Made by a program: the position numbers and the translations under genes. The notes beneath the pieces are model-generated. The model was not told where the DNA came from and did no database searches. It worked only from the letters and a program-made list of their open reading frames with translations. A stretch of DNA of 64,000 nucleotides from positions 29,949-93,948 of the forward strand of contig NIVC01003077.1 in the NCBI GenBank assembly GCA_002269645.1, written 5' to 3'. The stretch is from Macrostomum lignano (taxonomy: Eukaryota). Shown in pieces: positions 24,401-39,400 of the stretch (positions are counted from its first letter, which is position 1; each line of letters begins with the position of its first letter).

Positions 24401-27400
24401 TATTCGAAGCAAAGGCTGAGGAGCTTCCGTCGTCGGTAGCTCAAGTGCCTGCTGCGCCGGAGGAACTCGAGGCTGAAGTAACAATCGAACAAGACTTGAA
24501 ACCTTCGGATCAGGCAGAAACTGCTCTTTTAGAGTCTGGTGAACCACAGCGAGGCGAGGTTACTTCTCAAGAGTCTGCCCAGGATCTTTCCGTTCCAAAA
24601 GAAGACGTAGCAAAATCAAACAAGCAAGACGAACTTGAGAGTCAAGTGCAAGATATCAAGAAGCAACAAGCCCATGTCTCGGTCACTGCAACCGATGAAA
24701 AACTGGAGTCATCTGAGCCCCTCGAAGAGATCAAAGTTGATTCAATTGAGAAGGCAAGCTCAGAAATAGATCAAAATCTTTTGGCTGAGAAAAATTATGT
24801 GACACCTTCTAGTCAAGAAATGACATCGAGCACTGCCGAAGAAGTTGCCCACGCTTTTGATCAGGAAGAACAAAATCTTTTGGCACCAAAAGAAGAGCAG
24901 ACAGTACTGGATCAAACACGTGCCTCCCAGCCTGATTATCGTGCCGTATCGCAAGATACTTCAGATGTCGCTGAGAGTCAAGCCCAATTATTGCAAGAAG
25001 TTCAAGAACAATTGGCCACGGCTGATAGCGTTGGCGACAGTTTTATGGCTGCCGAAGTGGCCGAGAAACCATCCACCGTAACCGTAGATGCTTCAGCACT
25101 CGACGAGCACATCACTGACTCTCGGCCAGAGGTAGAGCTGCATTCTGATATCGAACAATCCCAAAAAGATGAGCAGCTTATGGCAGGCAAAGTTGAAACT
25201 GAAACTCAACTAGAAGAGACTGAGACAAGAGAGCTTGAGTTTGACATGGATGCTAGTGTCATTGAAGATAAGAAGGATAAGCTGGAGACCTCCGTGCCAA
25301 CCGACATAGAAGAAACTGAAACAGCTTTACAACCGTCGAGTCCAGTTTTGAAATTCTCAGACCAAGTTGACTCAGAAGCTAATGCCGAGTCGTTGAAAGA
25401 ATTCCTTCGGAAACTGAGCTAACAGAAGAAGCTCAGGCAACCGATGTTGCTGATGTTACTCAGAAACCGAAGCTGGAATCAGCGACTGTGCCTACTTTGA
25501 CCGATTCTAGACCCGCCGCTCATAGCTTATGCGAGGTTACGGAAGAAATTTCTTCTCCAACTTTTGAAACCAGCGCCAGTGAAACTTGTCCAGAGCTCAA
25601 GCAAAAGAATGTAGAAGTATCCTCAGCCAAGTCTGTGGCAGAAGAAGCAGATACAAGTATGCTGCCAATAACGCAAAAAGAACAGCCGATTGGCGAAATT
25701 GCGTCACTAGCAAAAAGCTCCGCACAAACAGAAGTAGTCGCATCTGCTGACCAAACAGTCAAGAGAGGTCAAACCGAGCCAAGGATAGAATCCGTTGCAT
25801 TCGAAAACGCTCCAATTTCTGAGCAGGATGACTTTGAGTTCAACGCTGAAATTGAGGCTCAAACTAACGAGAGACAAACAGTCCAAGACACGGGTAAGAA
25901 GCATGCATACTCGTATAATAACTCGCTATGAGAAAGGATAAGATAGTTTAATCATAGACTTTTATTCTTCTTTTCCTAATTGTAGCTAAAGTTTTCCTAC
26001 TCGAAGATTTGAAAAAGCAAGTAGTAGCGGCCACTAATGAGGCGAAATTTGTCGCTAAAGCGAGTGGATCAGTTCAAAGTCATCACTGGCTCAAGGATGA
26101 GCATACATTGCTACCAGATGGAAGCAAGTACTTAACATCATCAACAGAAGACAACATCTTTTCTCTGACAATATCGGATGTGCAGCCAGACGATGCTGCT
26201 GAATACACCTTAATGATAAATGATTCTGTAAAGGTATCTGCAGCATTAGAAGTACAAGGTAAACAATTTTTTATTCAAAAATTTGAATAAAGTAAAGAAA
26301 ACTTGTACTTTTTATATGTGAAACTATTTATTGTACTTTTAATTATAAATTTTATCGGAATTCTACTTCCCAATCTGCTTTTATACTAACACTAACGATC
26401 TGAACTAAAATCATGCATGCAATTCAAATACAAGTCATAATTGATGAATAAGTATTTAACCAAGCATTTAAATAAAGTATAAGAAACACACTTCATTTCA
26501 GTGCCTCCCGAGTTAACCCTGCCCGAGAACTTCCGACAGGACATCACACTGCGCGCTCACACTTCACACGTTGTCGAAATTCCGTTCAAAGCGATGCCAA
26601 AGCCGACTGTAACTTGGACTTGGAAAAATGGTGAACTTCCTGACAAAAAGCGATTTACTGTCGACTTGATTCATGGAATGACTTCTTTGAGCATGTCGAA
26701 GATTCAAAAGTCTGAAGAGGGTCCCTTCCAAGTAACCATCGAAAACGCTTGTGGGAAGGTGACTTTTACTATAAACGTTCGCGTGCTCGACAAGCCTAGT
26801 CCGCCAGTAAATCCTCGAATTGGTGACAACAATGGTGACCAGATCCTGATAGTGTGGGACAAGCCACTGGACAACGGAGGCTGTGAACCACTCACCTATA
26901 CAGTGGAGAAAAAAGAAACAACAAAGATGGCTTTCATAGAAATAGGAAAGCCTGAAGAGCCTATGGAGAAGTCAGTAACGGGACTAATTATTGGAAAGTC
27001 CTACGTCTTCAGAATCGCAGCAATCAACGAAGTTGGACAGTCAGAATTCGTTCAGTTTGGACCGTTCAAGGCGACACCACCCGCTGGAATCCCATCAATC
27101 ATTGACGCCCCTGTTGCAAGTGCAACGGGACAGACCACTGTCACCGTCAACTGGAAAGAGCCTACGGACCTAAAGCATCCTATAACAAACTATGTCCTTG
27201 AAATGAAGCCTGAAGCGTCTAATGACTGGGTGACTGTCAATGCCGACTTCATCATCGACGAGCCTGCCTACGAAGTCACAAACGTCAAGGAGGATGTAGC
27301 AATTCATTTTAGAGTTGCAGCAGAAAACAAGGCAGGAAAAAGTGAGCCTTCCAGACCCAGTAACACTGTAACATGTGGAACTCCGCTGGAGTTCATCAAG

Positions 27401-30400
27401 CCTCTAGAAAATATGGTCGTTCGAGAGATGCCTGAGAAACTTGAGCTACAGGCTCAAACTAACAAGGACGGTAAAGACATTACCTGGACTAAGGATGGCA
27501 AGCCTTTTATTCCGGGAAAGAAGGATTCGGTTTCCACTACTGGATCTACCTACACGCTGACATTCAACGACGTTCGCGAAGAGATCGAAGGTGTCTACAC
27601 TCTGAAAGTCGACAACAAGACGACAGAGTGCAAAGTAACGTTTGAGATCAAGCCAGAGTTGAGACTGTCTGACAACTTTGTCGAACGACTGACTCTGAAA
27701 GCTGGAGCGTCCTCGGTCGTCGAGATTCCATTTGTCGCCTTGCCGAAGCCGACTGTAACATGGAAATGGAATGGAAAGCCGTTGCCAGATTCGAAGCGAT
27801 TCAAAGTCGATGTGATTCACGGAATGACGTCTCTGACGATGGCAAAAGTTCAGAAGCCAGATGAGGGACCGTTTCAGTTGGAGATCGAGAATCCGTTTGG
27901 CAAGACTTCAGTCACAGTGCACCTTGTAGTGCTCGACAAGCCAGGACCGCCTGAGAACCTCAAGATCACCGACGACATGGGAGACGTCGTAACTTTGAAT
28001 TGGACTGAGCCCAAGGACAAAGGGGATACGAGAAGTCAGCTACATCGTCGAAAAGCGCGAAGCTACGAAGAAGGCGTTCACCGAGGTTGAACTGTTGATG
28101 AGCTGAAGTGTCCGATTCGGGTCTCACTATCGGTAAAAAGTACGTCATGCACGTGTGCACCGTAAATGAGGTCGGAAAGTCCGAGTTCGTCGAAATCGGA
28201 CCTCACGAAGCTACATATAAGTTCAAGCCGCCTACTGCACTGGAAGCGCCAGTTGCCAAGGTCACTGGACCAGCCGATGTGCAGGTTACGTGGAATCCTC
28301 CAAACAGCGATGGAGGCAACCCAGTGACTAACTATTTCTTGGAGATGAAGCCCGAACAGAGCTCTCAATGGGTAGCAGTCAATGCTGACTTTGTTATTCC
28401 CAAAGAGAGCCATACAGTCTCGAACGTACCGGAAGACACTGAAATCGTTTTCCGAGTGAGCGCCGAGAACAAAGCTGGTAGAAGTGAGCCTTCTCCACCT
28501 AGTAATCCAGTTGTGTGTGGAACGGCTCTTGAGTTCATCAAGCCTCTAGAAAATATGGTCGTTCGAGAGATGCCTGAGAAACTTGAGCTACAGGCTCAAA
28601 CCAACAAGGACGGTAAAGACATTACCTGGACTAAGGATGGTAAGCCTTTTATTCCGGGAAAGAAGGATTCGGTTTCCACTACTGGATCTACCTACACGCT
28701 GACATTCAACGAGGTTCGCGAAGAGATCGAAGGCGTCTACACTCTGAAAGTCGATAACAAGACGACAGAGTGCAAAGTAACGTTTGAGATCAAGCCAGAG
28801 TTGAGACTGTCTGACAACTTTGTCGAACGACTGACTCTGAAAGCTGGAGCGTCCTCGTCGTCGAGATTCCATTTGTCGCCTTGCCGAAGCCGACTGTAAC
28901 ATGGAAATGGAATGGAAAGCCGTTGCCAGATTCGAAGCGATTCAAAGTCGATGTGATTCACGGAATGACGTCTCTGACGATGGCATAAGTTCAGAAGCCA
29001 GATGAGGGACCGTTTCAGTTGGAGATCGAGAATCCGTTTGGCAAGACTTCAGTCACAGTGCACCTTGTAGTGCTCGACAAGCCAGGACCGCCTGAGAACC
29101 TCAAGATCACCGACGACATGGGAGACGTCGTAACTTTGAATTGGACTGAGCCCAAGGACAAAGGGGGATACGAGAAAGTCAGCTACATCGTCGAAAAGCG
29201 CGAAGCTACGAAGAAGGCGTTCACCGAGGTTGGAACTGTTGATGAGCTGAAGTGTCCGATTTCGGGTCTCACTATCGGCAAAAAGTACGTCATGCACGTG
29301 TGCACCGTAAATGAGGTCGGAAAGTCCGAGTTCGTCGAAATCGGACCTCACGAAGCTACATATAAGTTCAAGCCGCCTACTGCACTGGAAGCGCCAGTTG
29401 CCAAGGTCACTGGACCAGCCGATGTGCAGGTTACGTGGAATCCTCCAAACAGCGATGGAGGCAACCCAGTGACTAACTATTTCTTGGAGATGAAGCCCGA
29501 ACAGAGCTCTCAATGGGTAGCAGTCAATGCTGACTTTGTTATTCCCAAAGAGAGCCATACAGTCTCGAACGTACCGAAAGACACTGAAATCGTTTTCCGA
29601 GTGAGCGCCGAGAACAAAGCTGGTAGAAGTGAGCCTTCTCCACCTAGTAATCCAGTTGTGTGTGGAACGGCTCTTGAGTTCATCAAGCCTCTAGAAAATA
29701 TGGTCGTTCGAGAGATGCCTGAGAAACTTGAGCTACAGGCTCAAACCAACAAGGACGGTAAAGACATTACCTGGACTAAGGATGGTAAGCCTTTTATTCC
29801 TGGAAAGAAGGATTCAATTTCCACTACTGGATCTACCTACACGCTGACATTCAACGAGGTTCGCGAAGAGATCGAAGGCGTCTACACTCTGAAAGTCGAT
29901 AACAAGACGACAGAGTGCAAAGTAACGTTTGAGATCAAGCCAGAGTTGAGACTGTCTGACAACTTTGTCGAACGACTGACTCTGAAAGCTGGAGCGTCCT
30001 CGGTCGTCGAGATTCCATTTGTCGCCTTGCCGAAGCCGACTGTAACATGGAAATGGAATGGAAAGCCGTTGCCAGATTCGAAGCGATTCAAAGTCGATGT
30101 GATTCACGGAATGATGTCACTGACGATGGCTAAGGTTCAGAAGCCAGACGAGGGACCGTTTCAGTTGGAGATCGAAAATCCGTTTGGCAAGACTTCAGTT
30201 ACAGTGCACCTGGTTGTTCTTGAGAAACCCAGCCCGCCTCAAGCTTTGCAGGTCGCAAACAACGTTGGAGATTCTGTACTTTTGACCTGGGAACCGCCCA
30301 AGTCAAATGGTGGCTGCGATAAGCTTTCATACGTTATCGAACGCAGAGAAACGAGCAAGATGTCATCTGTTCAAGTATGCGAAACTGAGGAACTGAAGGC

Positions 30401-33400
30401 TGAAGTTTCTGGATTGATTCTTGGTAAGAAATATGTCTACCGTGCAGCTGCTGTCAACGTTGTCGGTCAATCTGACTTTGTTGAAACTTCTCCGGTCGAA
30501 GCGGCCTTTTCTTTCTCAAAGCCGACGAAAATAGAACCTCCAGTTGCCGTGGTTACCACTCCAAAAACAGTCTCGGTTTCCTGGAAACAACCAGACTCTG
30601 ACGGCGGTAATCCAGTAAGCAACTACTACTTGGAAATGAAACCGGTCGAAAGTCAACAGTGGGTAGCTGTGAATTCTGACTTTACCATTACTTCTTTGAC
30701 TCACGAGCTCGAGCCGAAGATTCAAGATGAAGAGATTCACTTCCGAGTTAGTGCGGATAACAAGGCTGGACGCTCGGATCCATCCGGTCCTAGCAATGCT
30801 GTCGGCCTCGGCATGCCTTTAGAATTTGTCGTTCCACTGTCTGATCTGACTGTTACCGACTCAGTTGAGTCCGTGTCTTTAAAAGCTGTGACAAATAGGC
30901 CGGGTGACAAATTTGCCTGGCTGAAGGACGGAAAGGCTTTGCCGCAATCTAAGAGCTTTAACCAAACCGTGAACGGCTGCAACTACATTCTCACTCTGAC
31001 TGATTTGACAGACGATTGTGCTGGCGATTACAAGCTGCAAGTGAACAACAAAGAAACAGTATGTAGGGTGGTATTGAAGGTGAAGCCAGTTCTAAATCTG
31101 GCTGCCAATTTTAGTGACACCATTATTCTAAAGAGTGGAGCGTCGACCGCCATCGAAATTCCTTTCATGGCTTTGCCAAAGCCGACAGTTAACTGGACCT
31201 GGAAGGGAGCGTCCTTGCCAGATCCGAAGCGATTTAAAACAGATGTTATTCACGGAATGACGTCGATTACTATGGCCAAAGTAAAACTAGAAGACGCCGG
31301 CCCATTTGAGGTGACAATTAAAAACGAAGTTGGCAGTGTAAGCCTTGTCATCACCCTCAAAGTCATTGATAGGCCTGGCCCACCGCAGGGCGTTTGTGCG
31401 AAAGATATTTCCGAGACCATCACTCTTGAATGGGAGCCTCCAAAGTTCGACGGTGGTAGCCCAGTTACTGGGTACGATATCGAAGTTCGAGAACTTGATA
31501 AGCGGGCCTGGACTGAGAGCGGAAGCACTCCGGAACTAAGTTTTCAAGTGCAGATACCGGAAATTGGCAAGGAATACTACTGCCGCGTTCGCAGTCGAAA
31601 CGAAGTTGGAGCATCAGATTTTGTGGAAATTCTGCCAGTACTGACAAAGTACTCATTCAGTGAGTCTAATTTTGCCTCGAATTCATGTTTGTAAAACTTT
31701 GGTAGTAATTCTTTACTCATTATCACATTACAGACAAATTTTCTCTTTATTTAGAAAGCATCATTTCGCTTTGTATCCTTTCAGATGTTCCCGGCGCGCC
31801 TCAAAGCCCGCAAGTGGTCCAGACGGAAGTGACGGCTCTGGAAGTGAGCTGGAAGCCACCAGCTGAGGATGGCGGTTCGCCAATTCTAGGCTACCACGTT
31901 GAAAGAAAGCTGGTAGCCAGCACCAAGTGGACGAGATTAACTACAAGCCTGGTAAAAGAGCTCCGATTCCAGGCTACTGATGTCGTAGTTGGAAACGAGT
32001 ACCTATTTCGTGTTGCCGCTGAAAACAAAGCGGGCTTGGGACCTTTCAGTCGTGTTTCTGACGTGTTCACACCCTCTGAAAAGGTAGGCCCCGAAGCTCC
32101 TTCTAAGCTGAAGGCGCCTCTGATTAGCGATGTACAAAGAACAAGTGCCAAAGTTTCGTGGAGTCCTCCAGACAATGTAAAGGATGTGACTAATTATTAT
32201 CTGCAAGCGTCGGATGATAAGTGTCAAACATGGAAGGATGTAGCCGCAAATCTAAGCACGGAGCGGCTGGTTGAGGAGCTGCAGATCGGTCCGACTTATC
32301 ATTTCCGAGTCTGTGCCGAGAATCCTGTCGGCAAAGGACCATGGTCTGAGCCAAGTGAGCCCCTGAACCTGGAGAAAGGTAAGAAATATTAGTAGTGAAC
32401 TTTTCTGCCATATTATGCGTGCATTGAAGCATTATGTTAATGTCTCTTTCGATTTCTTTTAGATGCACCGCTGCAAATAACCGTGCCGCTGAAGAACTGC
32501 CACATCGTTGAGCTTCTACCTTCGGTCAGCTTCAGCTGCGAAGTCTCTAGACGTCCTCTGAAGCATGCTTGGCTGAAAGACGGCAAGAAGCTGCCGGAGA
32601 GTGAGCGCATTCGAATAACTGCTTCTGAAAGCGGTTTGCAGCACAAGATTGAAATATCTGATCTTTCATCAGAGGACATTGGGGAATACAAGTTTAGTGC
32701 CGAGGACAAACACACTCAGGCGAACCTTTCTATCGACAGTAAGCAATAACTTGCTTTACGAAAATGACTTACAAAATATAGATATTTCATTGCGATTCAT
32801 TATTGACGAAAGATCAAACCATCCATTCATTTCAGTCCCCCCTCTGGTGCGACTGCCTGAAGGTTTCGAAAGGTCACTTGTTCTAAAGGTGAACAGCTCT
32901 CGCAGGATAGAAATTCCTTTCGTAGCTAGTCCCAAGCCCAAATTGACTTGGAAGGTAAATGGAGAACACGTGCTACGCAGTACAACGAAAGCTTCATCCA
33001 CTGTTTCCGTGGCTATCTTAGAATTGGTGAAGGTACAACTTGAAGACACTGGAGATTACATCTTGACGCTCGAGAACGACAATGGAGCAGCTGATCTAGC
33101 AATTCACGTTCGCGTTATTGATAAGCCTTCGCCGCCTGAGAATTTTCAACATAGCGACGTAGACGATTCCTCTGTTACACTAAGCTGGAGTCCGCCTAGT
33201 CAGGATGGCGGAGAGGCGATCACCAAGTACCACATTGAGCGTAAAGACGCCAACTCCACTGTGTGGTTATCAGTCGACAGCATCCCAGCTGACTCGGAGA
33301 CTCGATACTGCGTTAAAAAGCTAATTAAAGGCAAAGCTTATTCATTCCGCGTGTCCGCTGAAAACTCTGTCGGAGTGAGTGAGCCGACCAACCTCAAAGA

Positions 33401-36400
33401 AGCTGTGACTATCGGATCGCCCTACAAGGTACCCGGGCCTCCAGTTGACCTTTTGGCTAAAACTATTAGCACAACTGCTTTGCTAATGCACTGGGAAAAG
33501 CCGAAAGAGGACGGTGGAAAGCCAATTGTAGGCTACCTGGTTGAGTGGAAGCTTTCCTCCTCTTCCAGCTGGAATAGCCCTCAAAAGGTCATTCAGAAGG
33601 AGCTATCGATCGAGAAGCTGAAAGAAGACACGAGCTACTCCGTGCGCGTCAAGGCTTTCAACGATGTCGGCGAAGGCCCCACGTGCGCGCCAGTAGTTGT
33701 CAGCACTAAGCCGGCTCCGAAGCCACCGGGAGCTCCAGGCAAGCCAGACGTTACTTCCGTATCGAAGGATGGAATAGCCATCAAATGGACTCCTCCGGAG
33801 AAGGATGGCGGATCGCCAATTGTCTCTTACAGCATACAGAGAAGGGCGAACGATCTGGACAACTGGACTGTCATTAAGACAGACGTCAAGTCACCTGACT
33901 ATAGCGATTTTGACGTTAAAGAGGGTCAGCACTTTCAGTACCAAGTGACAGCTGTCAACGTTGTCGGTGAAGGGCCACCTTCTCTACCATCAGACTTGGC
34001 TCACTGCTTGGCCGATCTGACATTAATTCGACCGCTTGCGAATCAAAAGCTGACTTCTATGCCAAAGCAAGTATCTCTTGAATGCGAGCTCAGTCAGCCC
34101 AACTGCAAGGTTAGCTGGCAAAAGGATGGCAAGCCTGTAAGCATTGGTGGACGTTTCGACATGAGTCTCGATGGCAAAGTCTACAAGTTAGTCATCCGGG
34201 ACTTCTGCGTCGAAGATGTGGGCCAATACAGCATGACCTATCAACACATAAGCACTACAGGCAATGTGGAACTTGCTATCTCGCCAAATGTGAAGCTGGA
34301 TGAGAATTTCAACCAAACAGTCAAACTCAAGTCGGGAGAGTCCAAGGTGTTTGAAATACCATTCGAAGCTTACCCAAAACCGGTTGTAAAGTGGACGCAC
34401 AATGATGCTGCACTGCCGGATGCAAAGCGATTCAATGTTGACACAATTTTCGGCTTGACGTCTCTCGCGTTGGCCAAAGCGAAGAAGACTGACGAAGGAA
34501 AGCTCACCGTGAGCATCGAAAATGAGCTGGGAAAGACAACTTTCGATATAAATTTGCTGATAATTGACAAGCCGTCAACACCACAGAAACTACAGCCAGT
34601 AGTCACAACCGAGTCCTCAATCACTGTAAAATGGGAGCTGCCATTGGACGATGGTGGCGCTCCGATCGATGGATATGAAGTTCAGTATCGAAAGATGAAC
34701 CAGCGAGCTTGGCAGGAGGCTGGAACGACCACCGACATGTCCATGAAGGTCGGCAGCCTCGTAAAGCAGGCCGACTATCATTTCCGCGTGGCGGCCTTTA
34801 ACATCGTTGGAAAGAGTGATTACACTGAGACGAAGAATCCGATCCGAGCCAAGGCTGAATTCGCTGCTCCAAGTCTGGACTATAACCAGTCATTGTGCAA
34901 GCAGAGCTTGAAGGCCGGAGTTGAGCTTCAGATTCCTGTCCTAGTTTACGGAGAACCGCAACCCACTGTAAAATGGACACAGAATGGTCAACCATTGAAT
35001 GCGAACGTCAAAGTTCAGCAGAAAGAGTCTGAAACCAAACTTTTCATCGCCAGGCTCGAACCCTCTGACTCGGCATCATTTACTATTCTGGCGGAGAACG
35101 ATCACGGCAAAGCCACTGCCGAATTTCAGCTGACCGTTGCCGCTGTCCCAAGCACACCGAAGAATTTTGCTGTTCAGCCACAGTCAAAGTCGAGCGTAGT
35201 TCTCAACTGGGAGGCGCCCGACTCAGATGGCAACTCTCCCATCATCGGGTACGAAATTGAAAAGTGCGAACAGGGGAGAGACAGCTGGGTGTTGGCAGCT
35301 AATGTTGAACCGCAAAATTTCAAGTCCGTCATCGGAAATCTGCTCAGTGAAAAGGTGATGCTGTTCCGAGTCGCTGCGGTAAACGCTATCGGCCAGAGTC
35401 CTTGGGCCGCTGCCGAGCCCATCGAAGTCAAGTCTCCTTTCAGTCCGCCGAGTGCGCCTCGCAACCTGCAGGTTGACGAACTGACACCAAAGTCTGTCTC
35501 TCTCGTGTGGAAGGAGCCCAAGAGCGACGGTGGCGCTCCCATTGATGGCTATCGAGTGGAAAAGTACAGCACGAAGTCTGATCAGTGGATGCCTGTCAAT
35601 CAAAAGCTTGTCTCTGACACAAAGATTACTATCGATAATTTGAAAGGTATGTCTTGTTTTAGTTAGAAATAACTCATAAACGGGTGTTATCATTGGTTTC
35701 TAGAATAACCTCACAAATCGAACTAAATTTCAGTTGACACTCTGGAGCTTCGGGTTCTTGCTGAAAACGAAGCTGGCATCAGCGAGCCATCTGAGAAGGT
35801 CACTGTGGATCTGACTAAGGCTTCCAAAGAGCCAGGGCCACCAGGCAAGCCAACAGTAAAGGCAACGCAGCCAGGTGAAGCCCAGGTGACTTGGAAGGCT
35901 CCGGAGCACGAAGGCGCTTCGCCAGTTACTGGCTATATGTTGGAGAAGAAAAACTACTTTGAGACCGCTTGGATAAAAGTGAATCTAGACCAAGTTCCGC
36001 AGAGAGAAATGACTGTATCAGAAGCCGCCAATGAAGTGATTCAGTACCGTGCGATCGCAGTTAACAAGCATGGCAAGAGCAAGCCCTCACCTGAGTCGGA
36101 TCCCTACAAATTCGGTGAGAGTGTCAACTAAACTTTGCTTAAGTTGCTAGATCTTTGTCTATTGTTTGATTCAGAATCGTACCACAAAATGAGTACTTTA
36201 ATGTGATTGTTAATGTTGCAAACAGAAACCAGAAAATTATATAGTAGTCTTTTTTTCCTTGATAACTATGAGCTACTCGAAATAACAATGTATCTGTATC
36301 TATCGTATTTTCCTTAAACTTGCAGTTGAAGAAGTGCAAATCACCAAGCCGCTAGTAGACATCAAAGTCACTCAGCTTCCAGCCAGCGCTACACTCGAAT

Positions 36401-39400
36401 GCGAAGTTTCAAAGGAGGGAGTTCTACTGAACTGGTACAAAGAAGCATCCGAAGTGCGCATATCACAGAGAGTGCAATACGAGGTCAAAGGAAAGAAGCA
36501 CGTGCTGAAAATCGACAATCTGGAGCCTGGGGACATTGGAAAGTACACGGCAGCCATCGGAGATTCAAAGACATCAGCTGAGCTGACTATCGAGTCACCA
36601 CCGGAGTTCGTGTTGAACAAAGACTTCCTAAAAGAGATCACTATCAAAGCCGGATCTAGCAAAGTCATTGAAGTTGGTTATCACGGATGCCCTGTACCAA
36701 AAGTGTCCTGGACATTTCAGGATTTGCCTCTGGCTGAAGGCAATATCGTGACTGAGACCGTATACGGTTTGACCTGCATGCGAGTCACCAAGGCCAAAAG
36801 ATTAAATGCTGGACTTTACACTGTTGCTCTAAGTAATGAGTTCGGAAACATTTCTATGTCTGTTAAGCTTATTGTTTTGGATAAGCCATCGCCTCCTCAG
36901 GATCTGGAGGTTCGAGAGAAAGGCGATGAGACCTTCCTCTTTTGGCAGCCGCCGAAAGATGATGGAGGCAAACCTGTTCGTGAGTACTCGATAGAAAAGC
37001 GAGACGCAACGAAGAAGACGTGGCAGAGCATCGGCCGCACAAAGGACCTGCAGCTGCCAGTCAGTGGACTCAACCCCGGCAGCAGTTACTTCTTCCGAGT
37101 ATTCGCCGAAAACGAGTGCGGCTTTAGCGAGCCCGCCGAGACAAGTCAGCCCTTTGTAACAAAGAAAAAGGCAGAGGCTCCATCAGAGCCAGCGGCCCCG
37201 TTGGTGAGGAACGTGGAGGGCACTAGATGCACGGTGTCCTGGATGCCGCCCGTCAGTGACGGGGGCTCTCCGATTGCGGGTTATCACCTGGAGAAGCGCG
37301 TGGACAGAGCGGCGAGGTGGATCCGTGTGAACAAGGACGCGCTGGTTGGTACTGAAGTACAGCTAAACGACTTAGTTGAAAACTCCCAGTACGAGTTCCG
37401 CGTCAGTGCCGAAAATCAGGCGGGCCTTGCGTCGCCGTTCAGCGCACCGTCCAGGTCATTCACTACCAAAGAGCCATACGACAAGCCAGAAGCTCCAAGG
37501 GCGCCTGAAATTAAGCAGGTAACAAAATCTAGTGCAGTGGTTGCTTGGAAGGAGCCACTGAAGGACGGTGGAGCTCCAATTACGGGCTACAATCTGGAGT
37601 ACAAAATGGTGGAAGCATACACCTGGATCCGTGCTAAGGAAGAACTGATTCTGGACACGAATTTCACTCTCACGAATTTGGATGACTCATTTGAGTACGA
37701 ATCCCGCGTCGCCGCGACCAATAAGGCTGGCCAGGGTCCATTTTCTCAAGCCTCGGAGCACATTAAGCTGTCCGAACCGAAGTCTGAATCAGCTCCATCC
37801 GTTGTTAAAGGCCTCGAGTCGAAGCAGACACTGAAGTCGAGCAGCGTCGAGCTTGCCTGCTCATTTAACGTTGGCCACCCAGAAGCTGAGATACTTTGGT
37901 ACAAGGATGGGCGTCAAATTCGCCAAGGATCAAAGTACTCTATCACAATCCACAAAGGTTCGGCACGCCTCGAGGTGCCTAAATGTCGCACTGATGACTC
38001 CGGAAAGTACATGTGCCGAGCAGAAAACAAGATTGGCAAGGCCGAAACAACGGCTCAGCTCCTTGTGATGGAGAAGCCCGCGCTAGAAATCGACGCAAAA
38101 TACAGTCGCGGAGTGACTGTGAAGGCCGGCTCATCTTTGTCACTTATTGTTCCATTCAGTGGTTTTCCAACGCCGAGCATTGCTTGGACTTACAATGACG
38201 GAAGCATGCCTCTGGACTCAAGACTTTCGCAAGATAGTAAGAATTCGATGGCTACACTGTCATGGCGAGAGTTGAAGAGCAACGAATCTGGTCGTCTAAA
38301 AATAACGGCAAAGAATGAAGCTGGTGAGGAATCTTTCACATTCGAAGTCAGAGTCATCAACAAGCCGGATGCGCCAAACTTTGTTGAAGTAAAGAAAATC
38401 GTGGGTGACAAAGTTCTACTTTCCTGGACTCCGCCCACCAATGATGGTGGTGCTCCAATTAGGTCATATTCAATCGAAAAGCGCGAGCTTGACAAATCCA
38501 ACTGGACCCCAGCCGGAACTGCAACTGCTGTGGACACCCAATGCGAGGTGCGACATCTGGCCGAGGAAGTGTCCTACACCTTTAGAGTCATGGCTGAGAA
38601 CGAAGTTGGTATAGGAGACGCCTGCGAAATTGAATCTCCCATTAAGATTGAAGCAACTGATCAGTTGCCTGGACCGCCACTCCATCTAAAAGTGACTGAT
38701 GTGAGCTCCGATTCTGCTACTGTCTCCTGGAAACCTCCTGAAAATGCCGATCAGTCAGCAGTAACTGGCTATATTGTGCAAAAGCGAGAAGGAGAATTCG
38801 GTAAGTGGCTCAATGCCGTCGCATTCCCCACAAAGAAGCTGACAATGAAGGTTGACAGCCTAACCCCAGATGAGACATTCACCTTCCGCGTCATCGCAAA
38901 GAACAAAGTCGGCAATGGCGAGCCTTCGCAAGCATCCTCGGCGGTGAAGACAAAGCCACTGGAGCAGTCTGCTGTGCAGCAGAAGCGCGCAGCTGTTGAA
39001 GAATCGGCCGTCCAAAAAGGTCTCGTTGACGAAACAATCGAGCTCGCCCGCCAGAGACGGGAGCAGATTTATGGAAAAATCCGGAAAGACGAAGAAGAAG
39101 AAGCTCTGGACGTCAAGCTACTCTGTGAAGAGTCCTTAGTGGTAAAGGTTAATAGCACATTGAACGTTCCCGTGAAAGTTACCGGCGCAGCGCTACATGA
39201 AATAGAGCTGATTCGAGCCGGTCGAGTCATTTTCGATCGCATATCGATCGATAAATACGGGAAGGACTTCACCATCACTCTCAGAAATGCGAAATCAGAT
39301 GATGCTGGAACGTACACTGTCAAAGCGTCCAGGAAAGGCGAATCAGCTCAGTGCCAGTTCGAGCTGAATGTTCTTGATGTACCAGGACGACCGAAAGGGC

